Positions 1 through 12,264 of a stretch of 64,000 nt of DNA are shown piece after piece (positions within the stretch are counted from its first letter, which is position 1; each line of letters starts with the position of its first letter). A program made the position numbers and the translations under genes. The notes below the pieces were generated by a model. The model searched no databases, was not told where the DNA came from, and saw nothing but the letters and a program-made list of their open reading frames with translations. The stretch comes from the human T2T-CHM13v2.0 reference genome, Homo sapiens, in assembly GCF_009914755.1 (NCBI RefSeq), contig NC_060936.1; one strand, given 5' to 3'.

Positions 1-1479
1 TGAAGTTTGGGCATATAGTACTCCAGCACTGAATACCTTGGGAAATTTGCATGAATTCCGGTAGTCTTGTGCATGTGTATGTATTAAATCATTCTTCAAT
101 GTGAACTTGCTAGTTTAACAGGTAAATGAAACATTTTCCTTGGTATTTAGCGTTCTTCAAGCTACCTGTGCTCTCAGGAGTGGCCTGTCAGGTGTTGCAG
201 CTTCATTAGGTCTCAAGATTTCAGCTGTTCTCTTTTAACCTTTTCATGCCACCCGAGTTTTCTCAGAATGTTTTGTTTTGCTATCAATGGCAAGGCTGGC
301 CATTTTGCTTTGGGAGAAAGCATAACCTGTGGTTTAAAGTCAGCTATCAAGAAATGTGATAATTAAGTTATGTTCTGTGAATTATAAATTGTGTCGTGTC
401 ATCTAGGTAGTTCGGATTTTTGTTGTTTGCTCCTGTAGTAAATCTCTCTCTTTTCCTTTTTCTCTCCCTTTCTCTTACAACATTAAAAGCCAGTTCAATG
501 ATTTCCTTATCTAAGGAGAACAGCTGTTTCCTGGGGGTTGAATCTAGTCTTTCCTTTCTAAATCAATGTCTGTCAGAGGGAGACAGAGATATGTGTATGA
601 CTTACAGGATTTGTCTTCATAATGATGAATGCTTAGTTAGAACATTGATTATAAAAATAGAATCTAGACTTTGAAAAGCAATTTAAAGCTCCGGTATCGG
701 TCTGTTACAATCATTAAAAGCTAATAAGTGTATTTCTTTGGTTTCCTTAATCTTTCTGCAGTATAACAACAGTGTTAATGTGGAAAAGATTACATTTAGT
801 GTATGACAAACATTTTGTTTATTAGTCCCCAACTACTTAGCTTACTATTTAAATGCAGTCTATGGTAAGTCTTCTTCTTAACTAACAAACGTGGAAAATA
901 ATCCAGGCTCAGGCAGAATCGAAAGAATATTTATGTGTTCTATACTTGAAGATATGTTAAGTGTGATTAAAGTTTTAAATTGTTACAGGAACATTTGTTT
1001 TCCAAAGAGATCAAAGTTGGGCTTTATGCACACATCTTACCGCAGTTGCAGTTTATAATTATTTATCAAATGTCTGACAAGGCTAATGAGCTTTGTTTAC
1101 ATTTTCCAGCCCTCTTGCTAGAATTACAGTTTATTTTTTCCACTTTTGAAGGCTACAAATATGCATAAAATCACAACTGGCAGAATTTTCTCAAATAGGG
1201 GGAGTTTGTCATACAGCAAATAGCTTCACAAAACACCTGAAGCTTAAGTTTGAAGTATCTAAAATTCAAAAATCTCCTGTAATTATAGTTTGAATTTTCA
1301 AAGAAGCATAAGTTTTTAGATCTGGGAGGTTGTTATAGAGATTATCTCATCCAATCCCTATTTATTTTGTCAAAAGACAATATTGCAGAAAAAATTCCAC
1401 TGGGAATTTACTCCTAATAGAGCATTGACTTACAAACGGGAGGTACTAATGAAGGGGGGCCTCTCACTATATAGTCATA

Positions 1480-2100
1480 TAGATGTTATATACCCAAATG
1501 TCTGACCCCAAGAAACAGAAAATGTAAACTAGTTTCAATGACGGCTTCTGTGATTGGAAAGTCTAAGAGTGTGTCAGTCAGTTTCAGGGTTAGTTTGATT
1601 TGACTTCATTCATGTCATAAAGGTCTTTCTTTCTTTTCCATCTTTCTATATTGTTAGCTTCTTCTTAAGGCTTATTTCTCATATGGTCGCAGGATGCATT
1701 GGCAGTATTAGGAGTTTATGTATCATATCTGATTGAAGAGAAAATCCTGGCTCTCTCAGAAGGATAGATCACCTTCTTCCCCAGAAGCTTCCAGAAAACT
1801 GTCTCCCATGCTTCATTTGGACCAATACCTCTGGCTGGAATCACTGCATAGGTTGAATTCCTCAAGCGTGAGTTTATCTGACAAGTAGGCAGGGAGATGG
1901 GTTAAACCATAAGCTTAACAATGGGTTCAATGGTGAGTCCATGTCCTAGGGATCTGTGAAAGTTTAAATTTAAGAGTGATGACTTAGGATATCTGGCATA
2001 AGAAATTTCTAAGCAGCAAAGCATTCAAATTGTGGCCTGGCTGCTTCTAACAACCTCTGCTCTGGTTAGTAAACCATCGGGGCCTGTGCTGGAGTTGGAG
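1480..2100 (-). mobile_element. Old MaLR LTR (MLT1J/K-like), highly diverged, interrupted at 1937-2062
   Basis: Motifs such as ttcagggttagtttgat, ttccccagaagcttccagaaaact and ggcagggagatggg...ctggagttgg resemble the reverse-complement MLT1J/K consensus. Confidence 0.55.
1937..2062 (+). mobile_element. Isolated MaLR internal fragment (MST-int/THE1-int type)
   Basis: cctagggatctgtgaaagtttaaatttaagagtgatgacttaggatatctggcataagaaatttctaagcagcaaagcattcaa...gtggcctggctgcttctaac closely matches the MST/THE1 internal consensus. Confidence 0.8.
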
Positions 2101-2224
2101 GAAGAACTCCAACTCCAGGACTCCAACTCTAACTCCACCCTCTCTCCACCCACTCTCAACACTGTGCGGTAGTTTCAAGGTAAACAACTGCAACTTCCCT
2201 GGCTATCTATACACCTCCAACTTT

Positions 2225-2700
<476 letters not shown>

Positions 2701-3094
2701 TCACTGTGTCTATGTCTTTCACTCTATCTACCTATTTATTTTTCTATCTTCAGTTTTATATCCCATTTTACTTTTGAACCTATATTAGAAGTCTCTCTCT
2801 ATAACAGTTAGAACTTTGATATTTCAAAGAACATTGAGGAGTAGAGTTACCAGGGAAACAATAAACAGTTATAGGCAATGCCTTGTTTCTCACCACGTTC
2901 TCTAAACCTTTTCAGTTTGTCTTTTAGCATTGTTGAACTGAAAAGGTCATTGAGACTTTACTTCATGTCTAAATGGTTCTAAAAATTCCCCAGGGTTCCA
3001 AGACTTGCTGTGGACTAGAACTGCAATCAGTAGAGGTATAGAAACTGTCAGTTGCTGGAACAGGATCCGTTTGGAATAAGGCAGATAAATGCAC

Positions 3095-3250
3095 TAAGAG
3101 ACTGCTGAGAACTGATTGGGCATCAAGACACTGAACTGTAGGTTAGTCTTGACCACTACACAATGTGTGAGTTGATAAACTATTGCAAATGCTCTGTGCC
3201 TTCATTTTCTTATTTCTCAAGTGGGGTAAGAATTCTTTTTTACCTTATCA
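3095..3250 (+). mobile_element. MIR fragment
   Basis: Diverged MIR core (tgtgtgagttgataaac...ctctgtgccttcattttc...tggggtaag). Confidence 0.55.
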
Positions 3251-3929
3251 GAATAAAATAATTTAAAATGTAATAATAAGAGTCATAATTATGTTTTCCC
3301 AATATCTGTCTCAATGCCAATCTCATTACTTCACTGTAATATTTCATATTATTTTATTGTTTTACAAAGTGTTGGTATTGGTGGAGCAGATATTATTAGC
3401 CCCATGCGATAGATGAGGAAATTGAGTATAAACACATATAATTAATATTGGAATTGCCTTGCTTACCTGAGGTATCAACACCAGTAAAAGGATTTGGTGT
3501 TAAGGATGATGATAATGATGCTCACAATCACAGTGACAATAGCTAACAGTCAAGAGAGGTTAAGTAACTAAGAATTAAGTTACCATGAATACATTCTAAC
3601 ATTTATTTCTAGAATCTGGGCTTGAACATTCAATTTTCTGTCATCTAGTTGAGCTGGTAAAAACTGTTTAAAAATAAATTAATATTTTTTTCTGATATTT
3701 AAAAAATAACACATTCAGTAAAGACAATTTAGAAAACACAGGAAATCAAAAGGAAAAAAGAAAAATATCACTCTAATTGGTTTTCTAATGTAGGAAACCA
3801 TTGGTAACTAGCTCTTTGAGGCTTTTTCTTATGTTCATTTATGTTTATCTGCTGGTAGTATCTTCAAATATTTATCTTGAAACTAAAAAAGAAATCTTAG
3901 AGAAACTTGAAAGTAACTTTATAATACAA

Positions 3930-3995
3930 TAATTAATAACATTTATTAAGTGCTAACTCTGGCAGCACTGTCTTAAGTGCTTTAAAGATATTAAA
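3930..3995 (-). mobile_element. MIR 3' fragment
   Basis: aataacatttattaagtgctaactctggcagcactgtcttaagtgcttta. Confidence 0.6.
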
Positions 3996-3999
3996 TAAT

Positions 4000-4040
4000 G
4001 GCTGGGCATGGTTGTAATCCCAGAATTTTGGGAGGCCAAA
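4000..4040 (+). mobile_element. Very short Alu 5' remnant
   Basis: ggctgggcatggt-tgtaatcccagaattttgggaggccaa matches the Alu start with an internal ~10-nt deletion; the rest of the element is absent. Confidence 0.75.
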
Positions 4041-4129
4041 ATTCTGTATTTGTATTTGTTAAATTTGAAATACTAAGCACATATTATTTTTTGTAATCAG
4101 AAAACAAAATCTAGGGCTCTAGCCCTTGG

Positions 4130-4350
4130 GAGGAGGTATAGCAGACACTAAACTATCTATTTTTATATTCAGATACTTATCTTTTGTCATTTACTATCTT
4201 ATAGCCTTGGATAAGTTTCTCAACACATCTGTGTTATTGGCTCCACATTTATAAAATGGGGATGAAAACTTTACATATGTTAAAATAAGAATATGAGAAT
4301 TCTATGAATGACACATTAACAATTGTACTGTCACACAGTAAACATGTTGT
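4130..4350 (+). mobile_element. MIR (MIRb-like)
   Basis: Core gccttggataagtttctcaac...ataaaatggggatg...gtcacacagtaaac. Confidence 0.65.
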
Positions 4351-4359
4351 TAAAGTGTC

Positions 4360-5200
4360 TACAAAAACGTGTGTCATATATGAACAAAGATGTCTTTAGA
4401 AGCATTGAAAAATGCTTAAGAGTGAAAAACTGGGAACAACTAAAACACCCATCCATAGATGCATGACTAAGTAAATATTTAGTGCATTACATTATGGAAT
4501 ATTAGTTCATTACAATATGGAATATTGTGCATTCATTAACATCAATCTGATGTATCTAAATTCTACCATTAGATTGTAAGCTCAATGAAGCCAAAGCTAT
4601 TGCTCACAATTTTATCCTCAGGGCATAGGACTGACCCATAGACAGGGATTCCAGTGATTATTAATTAAAAGAAATAATAGACTTTTATGAATTAACAGAA
4701 ATATATCTATTATATATTAAGTGAAAAAAAAGTGTTACAGAATTTTCCTCTCCCTTCTACACTTGCCTTTTCTTATCCTTGAGGGTTTAGCTTCTCTAGA
4801 GCACTTTCTGAGCCCTTTAGCTAGTGTGTGGGCCCCACACAATATTCTGTTTCAGCCTTGTGTTTATTTCCTTCCTTGGGCAGATCACAATTCTTAATTG
4901 TTTTATTTGTATGTTAATCTGAAATTATTTTTCTCTATTTCCTTTCTTCACTAAATTATGAGGTGCCTAAAGGCAGGAATCGTGTCTGTTCTGTCCACTA
5001 TTATAAACCCAGAACCACATACATAGTAGGTACTCCACAAACATTTGCTGAGTGAAAGACTATGAAATTGATATGGATATGGGAGGATTCACAATAGACT
5101 ATTAACTTGATTCCTTTTAATGAAGGCAGAAACTACAGAAGCTGGGTAAAGGAAGCTGTTATTTTTTTTACTCTGTTCTTCTGAATTGTTAATTTTTTAA
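4360..5200 (+). mobile_element. L1ME 3' fragments interleaved with L2 3' ends (~4565-4665 and ~4760-5058)
   Basis: L1M motif aaaaactgggaacaactaaaacacccatc; L2 ends tagattgtaagctc and aggcaggaatcgtgtctg...acatagtaggtactc...tttgctgagtgaa. Confidence 0.55.
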
Positions 5201-6037
5201 AACAGTAAATCTGAATCACATTTATCACTAAACTATCTCACTAAGCCAAAACATTCAGACTTGACTAGGAAGTAATGAATATTCATTAATTTATTTTCAG
5301 AATGATCTTTTCCCTCAGTGGAGTCTCCGTGGGGGACAGAAACTATGAGAAATTTTCTCACCATTACCCTCCAATTATGTAGGAAGGAACTTTCAGGTTT
5401 GTGAGAAAGGGGGAAAGTTTCGCTAGTGGACCCACTCTTTATTTAGCATTTCTGTTTCCTTTAAGCATGTTATTTGATTATATGCATTTCTCTAATGAGT
5501 TTATTTAAAATGCATTTTCTAAGAGCCTCTCAAGGTGTGTTGAAGTGTGGCCACAGGTGTTTTGGAAGATTTCTTACCTATTAATGGTGATGAGTGGAGA
5601 CATAATGTATGAGAGAGATAGACAGTCTTAGGAAATTAGTACATAGCAATGTAGTCTTAAAGAGAGTAATTTTCATTCTTGTCAGATAAACAGGTGCTGA
5701 AATTGGGGATAGGACAAAAACATATCCTAGAGATGTGACAATACTTCCAAAATGATGAAAAGAGGTTGCCCCAAACTGCAGCAACCAAAAAGACCACCTG
5801 GAGATATTTTAATGACTCGGATTTGAGGCTAATCTTATATATGCTACTGAAACCATCTTTTCTGCATGAACATCTGGTTTTCCTTCTGTAGGGGCATCTT
5901 GAAATTGCCATAGGGTGATAATGACTTGATTGGCAAAATGGTGACCTCAGATATGCTGATGAGTTCAGCCTCAAAAACCTGAATTCCCAGTAGGTGCCTG
6001 AGGAGATATACTAAATCCACAAATCCCCCTTCCCCTG

Positions 6038-6067
6038 CACACACACACACGCACGCACGCACGCACA
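6038..6067. repeat. (CA)n/(CACG)n microsatellite
   Basis: Alternating purine-pyrimidine run cacacacacacacgcacgcacgcacgcaca. Confidence 0.9.
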
Positions 6068-6121
6068 ATGACATCATATCACTGTGGCAACACGAAAACA
6101 AATGCTGCACTCCCTCTAAAC

Positions 6122-6538
6122 CAGGGTTTTTCAGCCTTGTCATTATTAACATTTTGGGCCATAAATTCTTGGATGTGGGAGGTTGTCTTGTGTATTTCAG
6201 CTTTGTTTAGATATTTTTGCCCCTTTAGTTACTTGTCTTTTCTCATATGCGATGTTGTTGTCCAATGATATGTTCTGTCTCTCTCTCTCTCAATGATATC
6301 TCAATGGTATCAAGGTATTGTAGAAAGAATGAGGATTTTGGAGTCCAGTAGTCTTAAATTCAAATCCTGGTTTCAATAATTATAGGGGACCCTTCCACAA
6401 CAGCATTCTTGGTCTCTATCCACCAGATGCCAGTATCCCCACAGCCCCCCATCCTGCAATTGTGACAACCAAAAATGTCTCCAGACATTACCAGGTGTCT
6501 GTTGGAGGGCAAAAATTACCCTTACTTGAGACTTATTT
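6122..6538 (-). mobile_element. MER20 (hAT-Charlie) with an internal ~200-bp foreign insert at 6198-6398
   Basis: 6122-6196 and 6399-6538 match MER20 (ttgtgacaaccaaaaatgtctccagacatt); 8-bp TSD ctctaaac (6114-6121) / ctctaaat (6539-6546). Confidence 0.9.
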
Positions 6539-7274
6539 CTCTAAATAGCATTTTTCTCATAATGAGAGCAACTATGAGTATTATACCTTTTGTTTGTCTG
6601 GCACTTCTTAGTGTACAAAGCTCTAAGAATATGTTTCAGAAAATCAATTCTTTGGTCACCAGGGAAAACAGTATGAAAAAGTGGATGACCGTGTCTTACA
6701 GTGATCTTCCACAGGCTCTTATCAGAAGAAATTGTTGGCCAGCGGGAAGCTGATGAATGGAACTTTCTCTTGGTTTTAGTTCCTTTGATGCCACCTGCAG
6801 TTTAGAATCCTGGGGCAAGTTTTTTGTTCACTTCTTTTTCTTTTTAGAAAATGTTGAAAGAAATACTGGCTGTAAAGAATAAGTCCTAACTTAAATTATT
6901 AACTATATTTCGTTAGCTTATCTCTTATGTTCCTATTCTTCAGGGGCTTAGGGAAAGCATGAAGGAAACGTCAATGAATTTCACCCTTTTTCTCATATAC
7001 AAAAGTCTTTGGTCACATTCTATAAGAGAAACCCCAAAAGATGGCTTCAACCATTCTATAAGATTATTTAAATGCATTCAGCAGTTAGAGTGCTGCCGGG
7101 CATATGAAATAACCCTTAGGTCTTTAACACTGTGTAACTATTCTATCTTATGGTTTTATCAACTTCGTTCAGGGATTTTTCCCTTCTTAGTTATTGATCT
7201 CTTCTCATATGTGATGTTGTTAACCAATAATACACTCGCTCTCACGAGCGGGCTCTCTCTCTCTCTTTTTCTCA

Positions 7275-7380
7275 AGGTGTTGCCAGAAGAATGAGAGCTT
7301 TGGAGCCAGATAATTCTAAATTCAAATCCTGGTTTCAACAATTCTAGCTTTGTAACACTGGGCAAGATTTCTAACTTGTC
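7275..7380 (+). mobile_element. MIR fragment
   Basis: gagagctttggagccagata...ttcaaatcctggtttc...gtaacactgggcaagatttctaac. Confidence 0.75.
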
Positions 7381-7427
7381 AATATTTTGCTATTCTAGAG
7401 TTTACAGGGCAGGAGAATAATGGCTAC

Positions 7428-7935
7428 TATATCTATCAAGACTCTTCAGTTAAAGGTATTATAACATATAACCTTACTCAAGATGGCATAAGGGAAAAAA
7501 AATTGTTAGCTACTGTGAGCTGAAAAATCCATGAGTAGAACTGTCTACCTTCAGGTATGGTTTGATCCAGGGCTTCAATGTTGTCACAAAGATCCCTCTC
7601 TTAGTTGTGCTTTCAATGATTGAGTATATCCTCAGTTCCCATTAGTGACCACTGTCTACTTTGGACTTTCATACAATATCTGACCAGTATAAAAGAGAGT
7701 CATTTTCAACATATGAACCAAAAGTGGTGGGCTTAAATGTTGTTGTCATTGATTGGTTTTTGTCCGAATCAGTAACTGTGGTAAGGGGGTTGGAATGCAC
7801 TAATTGGTTACACTTGTATCATGCACACCATCACTCACACTCAGCATGAAAAAGATGGGAAGGCTGGTTCCTCCAAGTAAAAATTAAAGATATACTATGG
7901 AAGAGGAATGGACACTGAGCAGAGAAATTAAACGA
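7428..7935 (-). mobile_element. MLT1J-like MaLR LTR
   Basis: aagactcttcagtt...ctgaaaaatcc...cttcaggtatggtttgatccagggct...aactgtggtaagggggttggaatgcactaattgg match the reverse MLT1J consensus. Confidence 0.7.
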
Positions 7936-8229
7936 AATACCAAAATAACCAAAAACTCTTAAGTCCACTAAAGCTAACTTGAAGTACTGTTTCAGGGATT
8001 TTAAACTCATAAATCCACTAAAGCTATCTCAAAATACTGAAATATATATTAAATTATATAACATACAAATATCTTCTGGAGTCATTTTCTCCAATTCCAG
8101 AAATTAGAAAAGAAGACAAGATGTTATTTTACTCAATTTAATCTATTTTTGTATGTTTGTGTGTGTGTATATGTGTGTGAGTTTAATTGATATTAAACTA
8201 TCTCCCCCTATAAAGTTTTGTTTGGTCAT

Positions 8230-8635
8230 GTGAATTATTTTTATTTTTGAAGAAGGTGTCATTGAAATAGTCTCATACTTAACATCCAAAAGAAACAAAA
8301 GGTTGCATTATAAAGAGTCTCCCTCCTGTCTCTGCTCCTCACCCCCTTACTTGTCCTACCCAAAGGCATCAAGTCTTAGCTGTTCCTTATACAGACTTCT
8401 AGGAATAATTTATGCCTCTACCAATAGGTGTTTATTTTCCCTCCCTGTCTTCCTCTTCACTATTCTGCTCCTCTTTCTGCTCCTCTCCTCTGTCTCATTT
8501 TTCTACACAAAATAGTAGCATGTTTTACATATTCTACTGTATCATACATTTTTTTGCTTAGAAATATATCTTAGAAATTCACCCATAACTATATATAAAG
8601 AGCATTTTCATACTTTTGCATAATACCTCATTAAT
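8230..8635 (-). mobile_element. Old L1M 3' fragment
   Basis: acacaaaatagtagcatgttttacatattctac...aaagagcattttc is typical of reverse L1ME/L1MC. Confidence 0.5.
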
Positions 8636-8935
8636 TTATCCATTCATTCATTTGCCCAACATATATATATAGTAGGTGTTTATTATACACCAGGCCATCA
8701 GTGAACAGAACAGAAAGCAAAATGAACAAAAATATCTAACCTTATGAAACTTACATTTCAATGGGAGCAGACAATGCAAAATAAATAAATAAGAACATTA
8801 TATAGAATGATTGAAAGTTATTGGTGCAATGGAGAAAAAGCAAGCAACCAAGAGGGATATGATGCGAAAGTTCAAATGTTAAAAAGATCTGTAAGACCTC
8901 ACTAATGTGACATTTGAAAAAAAGGTGAAAACAAA
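8636..8935 (-). mobile_element. L2 3' fragment
   Basis: cattcattcatt...gtgaacagaacaga...ccttatgaaacttacatt...gacctcactaatgtgacatttga. Confidence 0.7.
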
Positions 8936-8999
8936 GAGGCCATATATTTTTTCATATCTTTTTAGTTTATTAAGAGTATCTCTTGAAAATGGATATTGA

Positions 9000-9343
<344 letters not shown>

Positions 9344-9344
9344 C

Positions 9345-10990
9345 TTTATTGCTAGTTTTTAGATATTCTGCAATTTTGATTTATGAATAACCCCTTTGAC
9401 CTAATAGCTGTTTGACAGAGAGCTTGTAAATTTTCAGTAGCTGGTGATTTTTGTTTTCTGGTTTAATTTTACTGCATTATTATCAGGTAATATGTTCAGT
9501 ACTACTTTTACTGTTTGGAGTGTTCTCCTTTTATGTTTTCTTTGTGGCCTAAAGTATTTCTCTTTTTGTGTATGTGTGACCATTACTTGGCTATCTGAAA
9601 ATAGAGACTTCCTATGTATCCATTAGAGCCATCATATTATGTTTAGGCCTGCTATATCCATATATATATACACATATATATAATATATATACATATATAT
9701 AATATACACTATATATAATATATATATACGTATATATAATACACACACACACACATATATATACACACACACATATATATATATATAATTTGAGGGGTAC
9801 ATTTGATATGTTATAGACTAAAGTAAGTTCCATACAACTAATGTGGCTCTCTATTTTTTAATTGTATTACTTGTGTTTTTGCCTCAGGAATATTGGTATA
9901 GTATTTATAGATATTGAGAACTTCTTTGTGGATTGTACCCTTTAGTACTATGAATTCCTTTGTTTTTTTTTTAGTTTATATTTTGTGTTGAACTAACCTT
10001 TGTCTGAGATTAAGATCACCATCCCAGATTTCTTTTTGTTCAGACTTGCTTGCTATGTATTTTCCCACCTTTTTATTCTCAACCATTCTTAATCTCTTTA
10101 CTTTATGTGTCTTTTACATAGCCCACAATGGAATTTTCTCTGTAATACTATTGACAAATATTTTTCTTTTAATCGATGAGATTAGGTCATTTGCACTTAA
10201 TGATATGATAGATATGTTTGGTCTTAGGTTTGTTGCTTTATATTTGAATTCTGTCTTTATTATTTTTAAATACTCTCACCAAGCAGCTTGTTTTTATGAT
10301 TTTATGTGTATATATGTTTCTCCTGATATGTTTGAAAGTTGATACATTTTTTGCACGTGCTTATCATTATAACAGCTTTTCACAGTTTCCTCCATTTCTT
10401 TTGGCATTATCTATTAATTCCTTACCATGAGTAATAATGAAATGTTTTAATTTTTCTTCTCCCTCCCTTCTTTCTTCCTTCTTACTACCTGGTTTTAGAT
10501 GAGCCTCTTATTTTATAATCTTACCTTTGTAACATTTAACAAACTTTTATGCCTTTTCCATAATTTGCCAGTTTAAATGGATTTTCTTTGACCTCCATCT
10601 ATTAAATATAAGAAAATCAGTATACTTAAATGTTTCATCTTCTATCCAAGTGTTTGTTATAATATGTCTGCTTTCTCATGTTAATATTATTATATTCTCT
10701 TCTGTCATACAATCTTCCTTCTTGTTTTAATTTTAATCCTACAGTTAAACAGATTCAATGTTCACTGGTAGTCTTTTACCATGGTTTTATGATTTTATGT
10801 GTGTATATGTTTCACTTATTTCTTTTTAAGTTTCATTCTATTATTTCTTAGTTGGCTTAGGTATATTTTCTAGTATATTCTTCATGAATTGTTTGTATAA
10901 AATATTCTCTGCATTCTTTAATGTTTAAAACTTGATTTTCTTTGTACTCAAAGGGCATTTTGGCTAGTTTTAGATTAGAGGGGTGACACT
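9345..10990 (-). mobile_element. Very old L1M body fragments
   Basis: T-rich reverse-L1 composition with motifs such as ttgtctgagattaagatcaccatcccagatttcttttt. Confidence 0.45.
9653..9788. repeat. Compound (TA)n/(CA)n microsatellite
   Basis: About 135 bp of TA/CA dinucleotide repeats. Confidence 0.95.
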
Positions 10991-11439
10991 GTTGATCGTT
11001 TAGGATTTTATAGGTTCCTATTTAGTTCCTATTTTTTTTCTAAAATAAAGGCTGAAATATAAATTTTAAGGTAAAAACTGATTTTATTTAATCTTTATTG
11101 AAGATAATAATCAATAATGTATTGATCATTAAAAATTGGTTGAAAGAAAAATGACCAGAATAAATTATTAGGTAAATGAAAACATTTATGTTAACTCACA
11201 TCATGAGAGATGTGGTCATTTCTGATCAAGCCTAAAAAGCATTATTGAAATACCTTTACATAAGTGTTTGGGTTAAACTATTAAACTATAAATACTTCTG
11301 ATTCTAATATGGTGGTGTAAAGTTAGAATTTTCTTTTTATCCTGTTGGAAATCTCCTCCTCTTCCAAGGAATTAGGCAAATGTAAATAAGAAATTTAAGC
11401 TCTATTTCTGATTAGATTAGGAGACAGCTGAGACCCTAA

Positions 11440-11482
11440 ATCAGCTGAGCTCAGGTGTGTTCAGGGTGGTATGGCCATAGAC
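11440..11482 (-). pseudogene. 5S rRNA 5' fragment (nt 1-43), tailless retropseudogene
   Basis: Reverse complement GTCTATGGCCATACCACCCTGAACACACCTGAGCTCAGCTGAT matches 5S rRNA nt 1-43 at 36/43, mostly CpG decay; 16-bp TSD at 11429-11444 / 11483-11498. Confidence 0.9.
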
Positions 11483-12001
11483 TGAAACCCTGAATCAGAA
11501 AAGAGATGGCATGACTGCCAATAGTAGTGAGATCATGTGGAGGTACATAGAAGAGGAAGAATAACTCAAAAAAGTAATTAAATTATTTGTCCACAAACAT
11601 AATATAAAACCCTAAATACTGGGTCTATTACTAAAGCAGAGATATGCACCAGCTAGAAACAGTTTTCCTGGAATTGATTTTGTTCTGAAAACCAAAAGAG
11701 TTCCGGCCAAAGGAGAAAAACACAGAAAAGCCAAATTGTACAGGAAGCAGCCTGTGGCAGTATGGAGAAGAGCTTGCATCATGAACCACTTCACTCTCGG
11801 CTCCCTCTTATTAGCTGGGAGGTGTCTAAAGGCCAGAGTCCCACACAATCCACTGGATCAAAAAGAAAATTCCTACTCAACTAAAACATAGTCATGGGTC
11901 TTCTCCATACACAGACCCCCTCCTGCAAATAGTGAGTTCAGAAAAAGAAAATTTTCTACTTGAAGATGAACTATCAACATGGAACAGATAAAGATATGAG
12001 A

Positions 12002-12264
<263 letters not shown>

